NCBI GenBank assembly: GCA_964360985.1
Contig: CAYHYK010000009.1
Span: 1-24,000, forward strand
Source: Candidatus Woesearchaeota archaeon
GTDB taxonomy: Archaea; Nanobdellota; Nanobdellia; Pacearchaeales; GW2011-AR1
DNA length: 24,000 bases
Reading direction: 5' to 3'
Under the pieces are notes generated by a model. The model was not told where the DNA came from, made no database searches, and was given only the letters and a program-made list of their open reading frames with translations. Positions 15,500 through 22,135 of the stretch are shown here, one piece after another. The translations under genes and the position numbers were made by a program. Every line of letters begins with the position of its first letter. Within the stretch, counting starts at the first letter, position 1.

Positions 15500-18259
15500 C
15501 TAAGCATAATCTCTAATAATATCTTTAATAGCCTCATCCACCTTAGGATCATTTAAAACATCCTCTACACCTAATGCTGCTCCGCCACCAACTCCAACAG
15601 GACTATAATCCTCGCAATCAAGTTCATCTAAAGTGCTATCAGTTCCTCTATCAGGATAAGGTTCTTTTATAATATTTCCTCCTGAAAATAAATAATTTAA
15701 GGTATAAATAGCATCTGACAAATCAATTTCTCCGTCATCATTTGCGTCAGCAGCATCTTTGCAATCAACTATTCCTGTACCAGTAAACAAGAAACTCAAA
15801 GTATTAACAGCATCAGAAATATCAACAGCTCCATCAATATTACTATCTCCTCTTAAGAAAGTTTTTTCTCTTTCATCGCACACATCTCCAGTTCCGTCAC
15901 CGTCACCATCTTCTTGCAACGGATTAAATATGAAAGGACAATTATCTATAGAATTACTAACTCCATCTCCATCACTATCTTCTTCCTTTACAGTCAATGT
16001 TAATATCTTCTCATCAGTCAAATAACCATCGCTAACTTCAAAAATAATTTTATATAGGCCAAAGTCTTGCATAGAAGGTGTAAAACTAAACTCTCCTGTT
16101 ATTGAATTAAACTCAAAATCCTTGCCTGCCAAAGATACATCTGCATCACTAGAATAAATTAAATTATCTTTATCTGGGTCACTTCCATTCAATTGCAAAG
16201 TTAGTTTCTCCCCTATGTCTATAGTTCTATCTTCTATAGATTCCATAACTGGAGCAATATTAGTTTCATCAGCAAACAAAGGGGCTACCAAGAATGGAGT
16301 ATAACTTACCCTTCCTAAATTGCCTGCATCGAAAAAGTCAACTATTCTATGAGTTATTCCTAGTTTATACTTGCTTCCCCACCAATTAGACAAAGCATCA
16401 ATATCTATATTTTGGTTATTCTTTAAAGCCGACTGGCTATTCCTAACTAAATCATTGTTTGTTATATCATTACCTCTACTCTCTAGTTCTAGCACAATTC
16501 CATTTAAATTATTTGTTATAGAGTTACCATTAATAAAACCTGAATTAAAATTCTTAACAAATAATCCAAAGTTATTATTATTAATTATATTATTATTAAT
16601 ATTATTACCCAAAGCAGGATTGACATTGCTACCCATAGCAGAAATTCCCTTGTCATAATCTTTAACATTGCAATTAGTTATTTCTACATTATCCTTTCCA
16701 CCTAAATTGGAAATTCCTATTCCTGCCTTATTACTACCTTGTAAGATTGCACCATTACAATCTAAAACAACATTATCATTCTCAATTTTAACTCCACTTG
16801 GAATATTATAACTAAACTTACAAAATTCTGTATTAGACTTTATGCTCATTCCATTTTCAGCCATATCACAACCCAAAAAACCAAATAATGCCTTTGCATC
16901 AACTCTAGCACTACTTATTCCGTTGCCGCTATCGATAACTTTAGGTGAATAAGTTTTAAGCATGTCCACTATCTCAGTCACACTTAAAGTTGAATCGTAT
17001 TGTTTGATCAATGCAATTATTCCTGCTACATGAGGCGCCGCTGCAGAAGTCCCGCTTCTTGTGGAGAAACCTCCACCTAAATCACTAGAAAGAATTCTTG
17101 AGCCAGGAGCAACAAAATCTAGTTCCATATAACTATTCGAAGAACAAACAACTTGGTCTGCACTAGTAGTGCTATCTGTGCATGTTCTTTTGCATTCCCC
17201 AGTTTGTAAATCACTTTCCACACAAAAAGTCCTTGAACCCACATCAGCGTCGTAAACTGAACCAACAGAAATAGCCTTTGGACTACAAGAAGGGTAACTA
17301 ATTCCATTCTTTGCGCCTCCATTTCCAGAAGCAGCTACAAAGGGCATTCCTAAATCATAAGCCCTATTTATTAAAACGTCCATCTCAGTCTGAGGACAAT
17401 TAGAACTCTCATATATAGAACTTCCAATACTCATAGTAATTATATCCGTTCCTAAATCAACTTGTTTCTCTAAACACCAATCAATACCTGCATTAATTGC
17501 TGAATCAAAACAATTTTCATTTGCATCACAAACTTTAGCTGCTAACAATTTAACATCAGGAGCAACACCTATAGAACCAGCTTCTAAACTAATAATTCCA
17601 GCAACATGAGTTCCATGACCACTTCCTTCATCCATAGGATCAGCGTCATTATTAGCAAAATCATATCCTCCAATAACCTTTGAACCTGTACCCATAAATC
17701 CTCCTAAATTAGGATGAGTGTAATCTATTCCTGTATCTACAACACAAATAACCTGTCCATTTCCAGCTAATCTCTTTCCCTCATGCACGACATTATGAGC
17801 ATCATCAGCATTTATAAGTGGAACACTTTCAGACATCAACGGCTTATACATCTTATCAGAATAAATTCTTTTGACATTGCTGTTAGAAGCCAACTTATTC
17901 AAGCCATTTTTATTAACTTTTCCTGAAAATCCAGGCACCATTTTATATTTATATTTCAGTTTAAAATCACTTCCAACCAGAGATAAAACTCCGTCCTCTT
18001 TTAATTTAATTTTATACTTATAATCATTAATTTTGCTTTTATCAAATCCGCTGTCATAAAGTTCAACAACTACAGAAGTATAACTTTCCTTAGTCAGCTT
18101 ATCAAAAACAAGAGATTCTACCTTGCTAGAATAAGATGAACTATAACTGTAAGAAGTACTAGGGCTGGGAGAAGGATAATAACTCTGAGCAGAAACAAAA
18201 ATTAAACCGTTAAATAATAAAAAAACAGCCAAAATCTTCTTAAAATTGCTTCCATCCAT
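15500..18259 (-). CDS. Secreted subtilisin-like serine protease (S8) with I9 propeptide, parallel beta-helix, Ig/cadherin-like, TSP3 and dockerin modules
   Basis: 919 aa with a signal peptide (KKILAVFLLFNGLIFVSAQS). Catalytic triad: D175 (VVDTGID, nt 17735-17737), H216 (HGTHVAG, 17612-17614), S405 (SGTSAAAPHVAG, 17045-17047). Beta-helix repeats span aa ~495-625. An Ig/cadherin-like domain spans aa ~668-758. TSP3-like DSDGDGVSNSIDNCPFIFNPLQEDGDGDGTGDVCD follows, then a dockerin pair at aa 801-868. Confidence 0.9.
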   Translation of the reverse strand: MDGSNFKKILAVFLLFNGLIFVSAQSYYPSPSPSTSYSYSSSYSSKVESLVFDKLTKESYTSVVVELYDSGFDKSKINDYKYKIKLKEDGVLSLVGSDFKLKYKYKMVPGFSGKVNKNGLNKLASNSNVKRIYSDKMYKPLMSESVPLINADDAHNVVHEGKRLAGNGQVICVVDTGIDYTHPNLGGFMGTGSKVIGGYDFANNDADPMDEGSGHGTHVAGIISLEAGSIGVAPDVKLLAAKVCDANENCFDSAINAGIDWCLEKQVDLGTDIITMSIGSSIYESSNCPQTEMDVLINRAYDLGMPFVAASGNGGAKNGISYPSCSPKAISVGSVYDADVGSRTFCVESDLQTGECKRTCTDSTTSADQVVCSSNSYMELDFVAPGSRILSSDLGGGFSTRSGTSAAAPHVAGIIALIKQYDSTLSVTEIVDMLKTYSPKVIDSGNGISSARVDAKALFGFLGCDMAENGMSIKSNTEFCKFSYNIPSGVKIENDNVVLDCNGAILQGSNKAGIGISNLGGKDNVEITNCNVKDYDKGISAMGSNVNPALGNNINNNIINNNNFGLFVKNFNSGFINGNSITNNLNGIVLELESRGNDITNNDLVRNSQSALKNNQNIDIDALSNWWGSKYKLGITHRIVDFFDAGNLGRVSYTPFLVAPLFADETNIAPVMESIEDRTIDIGEKLTLQLNGSDPDKDNLIYSSDADVSLAGKDFEFNSITGEFSFTPSMQDFGLYKIIFEVSDGYLTDEKILTLTVKEEDSDGDGVSNSIDNCPFIFNPLQEDGDGDGTGDVCDEREKTFLRGDSNIDGAVDISDAVNTLSFLFTGTGIVDCKDAADANDDGEIDLSDAIYTLNYLFSGGNIIKEPYPDRGTDSTLDELDCEDYSPVGVGGGAALGVEDVLNDPKVDEAIKDIIRDYA
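15656..15859 (-). other. Dockerin-type Ca-binding repeat pair (C-terminal module of the S8 protease)
   Basis: RGDSNIDGAVDISDAVNTLSFLF...VDCKDAADANDDGEIDLSDAIYTLNYLFSGG: two EF-hand-like loops each followed by a helix, as in dockerin type I. Confidence 0.7.
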
Positions 18260-18281
18260 ATAAAACCTACCTAATTAAGGT

Positions 18282-18293
18282 TTAAATATATTT
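18282..18293 (-). promoter_or_regulatory. TATA-like box (TTAAATATATTT) of the S8 protease gene
   Basis: The same 12-mer as at 22101-22112, with the same 22-nt spacer to the ATG (18259). No SD-like sequence lies in between. Confidence 0.4.
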
Positions 18294-18339
18294 GGTTATC
18301 TAAAATGTATTGAATAATTCCCAAAAAGAAACACAGTTT

Positions 18340-20427
18340 TTATTTAAGACTATAATTAGTAATCAGATCACATCTCCCTTCAATAATCGTCAACCCATTA
18401 CAACAACCAAGCATATTGACTGCATATGCTCCTTGAGGGGCGCACACAGATTGACAAGTATAATCTTCGGGAGAATCGCCCCAGCAATATCCACTACCAC
18501 ATTCAGTATTGCAATCACAAGATTCTGACTGACTGCACTCAAGTTCAGAATTACACTCTGTAGGATTATTTACACAAGATAAATCTGTTAAAGTCTCTTT
18601 GATACATATTCCATTTTCCAAAATCTTAGAACAGCAATTAAGAGGATTGTTTGTCCTTGCGCCTTCAGGAGCACAACCAGACTGACATACATAATCTCCT
18701 GAATTATCATTCCAGCAATATCCGCTAGCGCATTCACTATAACAATGGCATTTATCACCGCTCTTGCAGCTCAAACTAGAAGTGCAGAAAAAAGGATTAT
18801 TTTCACAGCTAGCAGGTAATCTTTGGCATTGCCCATCCTTACATTCAAATCCCTGACTGCACTGACTATTACTATTACAGTTAGCAATAGCAGCACAATA
18901 TCCATTTTTACATTCTAATCCAGAAGAACATTCTCCACTACATTGACAAATCTGCCCAATACCACAAGATAAAGAATCACAACTATTTTCATCATTATCT
19001 ACACAAGAAGAAATTCCAGAAGTTGCACAAGCTCCATCAATGCATTTACTCATATAACAACCCATTTCTGTTTCAGAAATATCTGAACCATCACAACTAT
19101 ACTCTACTAATATAGACTGATCCTTGCAATAATCTTCTTTTGAAAAGGCCAAGCCCCCGCTTCTCCCGGAAATAATCCCTTTCCTAGAAGCTATTTTTCC
19201 ACTATCGCTGTCAACACAAGAATCTTCTTCATTAAAAGGGGTAAAAACTTCGCATACATCTAAAGAAGAACATCTAAGTCCATTAGCACATTCTACATCA
19301 CAATCACATCTAGTTGCTCTACCACAATTATCATCCTCAAGTTCATTATTGCACACGTCAATAGGATTGTTACCACAGCTAATTTCTTTACTCGCCTCTT
19401 CTACACATTCTCCTCCAATACATCCATTTTCACAAACTTTATTTTCTTGCAAAACTTCTTTATTATCACAATAATATTCTATCAATGTATTCTCTAAACA
19501 ATAATCATCTTTTGTATCTATTTCTCCATCCTTCAAAAATGTAACACTTCCAACTCTAGAATATTCAATTCCTCCATCTATATCGAAACATTCGTCATCA
19601 ACAATTTCTCTTTTCTTTTCATTTACGCAAACACCTTCGCTACATCCATTTTCACAAATCTCGGCTTTTTCTGCAAGTTTCTCACCTTCACAATAATATT
19701 CTATAAGTTGCCCTCCCCTACATAAATCATCTCTAATAAACGGAGAGCCCTTATTATATCCAGTTACCCTTCCTTTAACTTCTACATCATTAACACTATC
19801 TATATCTTTACATGAGTTGCTCAAACTTTTACTCTCCTCTCTAAACAAGTATTTCTTAAACTCTGCTCTATCCTTAAAATCAACAGCTCCGTCATTATTA
19901 ACGTCCGCATTACTTTTACATTTTACATTTGATTTACCAAGTATAGCCTCAGTCACAGACGTATAATCTGACTCTTCTATTTTTCCATCTCCATTCACAT
20001 CTCCCACATAACTAGAACAATCTTTTTCTTCTAAGGAACCATCAATGTTGGACACTCTTTCATCAGATCTTTTTCCAATATCAGAACCAACATCTGGACT
20101 TAGTATATTTCCCTCCAAACCTCTATCAACTCCACTTCCCCTGGATAATAAATAGGTAGTTAATGCTCTTGAATCAAGGTTATCAATGATTCCATCAGAA
20201 TTAAAATCAGCATTACTAGTACATTCCAATTTATTTCCTTCCAAAAAATCCTTTATAGACTTAACATCATAACTATCAATGACACTATCTCCATTACTAT
20301 CTCCTTTAATAGATGAACAACTCTTAAAAAACAGAATTCCTCCGCCTATTCCTACCAAAACAAGCAATAAGATCACCGAAAAAGACAAAACACCAATATA
20401 TTTGCTCCCTATATCAACCTCATCCAT
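18340..20427 (-). CDS. Cysteine-rich modular surface protein with N-terminal anchor and two dockerin-type modules
   Basis: 695 aa with a TM anchor (IGVLSFSVILLLVLVGIGGGILFF). Dockerin pairs are at aa 42-94 and 142-195. The rest holds about 66 Cys arranged in two repeat families: module A x3 at aa 206-267, 280-341 and 404-467; module B at aa 351-392, 475-511, 517-534, 541-608 and 618-686. Confidence 0.75.
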   Translation of the reverse strand: MDEVDIGSKYIGVLSFSVILLLVLVGIGGGILFFKSCSSIKGDSNGDSVIDSYDVKSIKDFLEGNKLECTSNADFNSDGIIDNLDSRALTTYLLSRGSGVDRGLEGNILSPDVGSDIGKRSDERVSNIDGSLEEKDCSSYVGDVNGDGKIEESDYTSVTEAILGKSNVKCKSNADVNNDGAVDFKDRAEFKKYLFREESKSLSNSCKDIDSVNDVEVKGRVTGYNKGSPFIRDDLCRGGQLIEYYCEGEKLAEKAEICENGCSEGVCVNEKKREIVDDECFDIDGGIEYSRVGSVTFLKDGEIDTKDDYCLENTLIEYYCDNKEVLQENKVCENGCIGGECVEEASKEISCGNNPIDVCNNELEDDNCGRATRCDCDVECANGLRCSSLDVCEVFTPFNEEDSCVDSDSGKIASRKGIISGRSGGLAFSKEDYCKDQSILVEYSCDGSDISETEMGCYMSKCIDGACATSGISSCVDNDENSCDSLSCGIGQICQCSGECSSGLECKNGYCAAIANCNSNSQCSQGFECKDGQCQRLPASCENNPFFCTSSLSCKSGDKCHCYSECASGYCWNDNSGDYVCQSGCAPEGARTNNPLNCCSKILENGICIKETLTDLSCVNNPTECNSELECSQSESCDCNTECGSGYCWGDSPEDYTCQSVCAPQGAYAVNMLGCCNGLTIIEGRCDLITNYSLK
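19843..20004 (-). other. Dockerin-type repeat pair 2 of the Cys-rich protein
   Basis: GDVNGDGKIEESDYTSVTEAILGKSNVKCKSNADVNNDGAVDFKDRAEFKKYL. Confidence 0.65.
20146..20304 (-). other. Dockerin-type repeat pair 1 of the Cys-rich protein
   Basis: GDSNGDSVIDSYDVKSIKDFLEGNKLECTSNADFNSDGIIDNLDSRALTTYLL. Confidence 0.6.
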
Positions 20428-20448
20428 GTTCTAAAAAACAAAAAGCAA

Positions 20449-20460
20449 TTTATATATTTT
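20449..20460 (-). promoter_or_regulatory. TATA-like box (TTTATATATTTT) of the Cys-rich protein gene
   Basis: It lies in the 34-bp spacer between the M64-like stop (20462) and the ATG at 20427, with a 21-nt spacer to the ATG. Confidence 0.35.
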
Positions 20461-20461
20461 G

Positions 20462-22078
20462 CTAGCCAAAGGTTTTGCTAAACCATCCTGTAATTAACCC
20501 TGAAATTCTATCGAATACAGAATAACTTTCTGAATATGATATGGGACTTGTAGAAGATGATGCTGAGGCAGAAGAAGAAGCTGAAGCACTAGGTTTAACG
20601 CTAGAACTAGGAGAAGCAGTTGGAGCAATACTTGAACTAGGAGATATGCTAGGTCTAACACTAAAAGTTGAACTAGCTGAAGCACTAGGTTTAACGCTAG
20701 AACTAGGAGAAGCAGTTGGCGTAGCGAAATCATTCAAATAAACTTCTAGCCATTCTATATCCAAAGAATCTATTTTATCATCTCTATTCACATCCGCATT
20801 GTCAGCACAAATAAATAGAACTTCTTCATTCAAATAAAGATTAAGCCATGTCACATCCTTACTATCTATTTTGCCATCACTATTTACATCTCCTAAATTA
20901 TCATTGCATATCTCAACTGAACCTAAAGGAACTTTCTTTCCCTCTTCTCTAATTTCTATTTTTTTAGGATCTTCATTTCTAGAAACTTCAATTTTTGCAT
21001 AAAAAGGCTCAGGCTCTATGATAAATACTTCTCCTTCAAATTCATCAGTTTCAGGATCTATTCCATCACTATAAAGATATTCTTCTTGATTCTCGAAAGT
21101 TTCCCCACTCATATAAACTTGTTTTTCAAAATCAGGTAAATCAGTATAAATGTAATCTGGATTTATTTGATTAATATCAAAAAATTCTCCCTCATCATTT
21201 GAAAATCCTACTTCATAACCTCCTACACCGTTATCTCCAACACACCCTTCCTCTATTTTTGCATCAATCTTAAATCCTTCTTCATCTCTAACTCCCTCAA
21301 CCAAATAATATTCGCTGTCGTAGCAATCCTCTCTGACCTCAATTACATTTCCAGTTATCCCAACATTGCTTTGTTTTTCAATTTTATCCGCCACAACTTG
21401 TCTGTCAAATTTTCCATAATTATTTGTTCTTAATGTTCTCATAACACCGCTCTCGATAGACCGGCTATATTCTCCTTCAGAACATCCACTAAAACACCCT
21501 TCATTCATTCCATCAAACTCACCACAATCAAGAACGCAATTTCCTGCAGAATTACGAGGTATTTTAGCAGGTACATACTCCTCGGCCAAATTCACAAATG
21601 AATGTCCAAATTCATGAACAAAAACATTCTTGGAATGCTTATAATTCAAACTCATAACATTAACATAACTTGAACTTCTTATACTCTCTGACTCATCATC
21701 ATTTATCACAACAATATAATCATTTGGACAAGACCCTGATTTTTTTATCAAATCTCTATTATAACACAACAAAGCAATTCCCTTATATATTTCACATAAA
21801 GGATAATAATCGCCAATATAATAAAAATTAAATCTATCTGCATAGCTGTTAAAAGGATCTGTCTCTAAAAAATAATTCATATAATCTAAAGCAATTTCTT
21901 TTTTATTAGCAAAAAATACAATATCTATCCCGTTATTTGAAGTCTTTTTCAAAGTAGTGCATTTTGCCAATCCTGATTCTGATAATTTAAGGTCATCTTG
22001 AGAAACATAAAATAAAACTCCTCCTATTCCCAATAAAACAAATACTACTAAAACAATAAAATAAACAAACCTTGCCAT
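20462..22078 (-). CDS. M64-like zinc metallopeptidase with dockerin-type module and Pro/Ser-rich repeat linker
   Basis: 538 aa with an N-terminal anchor (FVYFIVLVVFVLLGIGGVLFYV). The motif VHEFGHSFVNLAEEY (nt 21575-21616) matches the HExxHxxxxLxDEY pattern I associate with the IgA-peptidase M64 family. A dockerin pair is at aa 394-449, a P/S/A-rich linker at aa 452-518, and a short tail FDRISGLITGWFSKTFG ends the protein. Confidence 0.7.
   Translation of the reverse strand: MARFVYFIVLVVFVLLGIGGVLFYVSQDDLKLSESGLAKCTTLKKTSNNGIDIVFFANKKEIALDYMNYFLETDPFNSYADRFNFYYIGDYYPLCEIYKGIALLCYNRDLIKKSGSCPNDYIVVINDDESESIRSSSYVNVMSLNYKHSKNVFVHEFGHSFVNLAEEYVPAKIPRNSAGNCVLDCGEFDGMNEGCFSGCSEGEYSRSIESGVMRTLRTNNYGKFDRQVVADKIEKQSNVGITGNVIEVREDCYDSEYYLVEGVRDEEGFKIDAKIEEGCVGDNGVGGYEVGFSNDEGEFFDINQINPDYIYTDLPDFEKQVYMSGETFENQEEYLYSDGIDPETDEFEGEVFIIEPEPFYAKIEVSRNEDPKKIEIREEGKKVPLGSVEICNDNLGDVNSDGKIDSKDVTWLNLYLNEEVLFICADNADVNRDDKIDSLDIEWLEVYLNDFATPTASPSSSVKPSASASSTFSVRPSISPSSSIAPTASPSSSVKPSASASSSASASSSTSPISYSESYSVFDRISGLITGWFSKTFG
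20579..20718 (-). repeat. Two perfect 44-bp direct repeats (20579-20622 and 20675-20718), 96-bp period, inside the Pro/Ser linker
   Basis: gctgaagcactaggtttaacgctagaactaggagaagcagttgg occurs twice and encodes PTASPSSSVKPSASA at aa 486-500 and 454-468. Confidence 0.9.
20732..20899 (-). other. Dockerin-type repeat pair of the M64-like protease
   Basis: GDVNSDGKIDSKDVTWLNLYLNEEVLFICADNADVNRDDKIDSLDIEWLEVYL. Confidence 0.65.
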
Positions 22079-22100
22079 CTATCTAAAAAATAACGATAGC

Positions 22101-22113
22101 TTAAATATATTTT
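22101..22113. promoter_or_regulatory. Shared TATA-like box TTAAATATATTTT between divergent genes
   Basis: Exactly 22-nt spacers separate it from the ATG at 22078 (minus strand) and the ATG at 22136 (plus strand). The element is nearly palindromic. Confidence 0.4.
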
Positions 22114-22135
22114 GGATAACGCACAAATTTAAATA

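Noticed and set aside
17119-17322. Same-strand alternative-frame ORFs: 17119-17322 inside the S8 gene and 20494-20733 inside the M64-like gene.
   Set aside because: Both are embedded out of frame in genes whose main frame carries catalytic or repeat motifs. The second is just the Pro/Ser linker repeat read in another frame, giving a Leu/Val/Gln-rich product.
18370-19812. Diversity-generating retroelement (template/variable repeat) explanation for the repeated Cys-rich modules.
   Set aside because: No reverse-transcriptase ORF exists in the window. The repeat copies differ at many positions and in length, as expected of old tandem domain duplications rather than near-identical TR/VR pairs.
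20525-20725. Possible CRISPR-like or other non-coding repeat array in the 96-bp-period repeats.
   Set aside because: There are only two copies, both in frame within a continuous ORF, encoding a Pro/Ser/Ala linker. No cas genes are present in the window and there is no spacer-like architecture.
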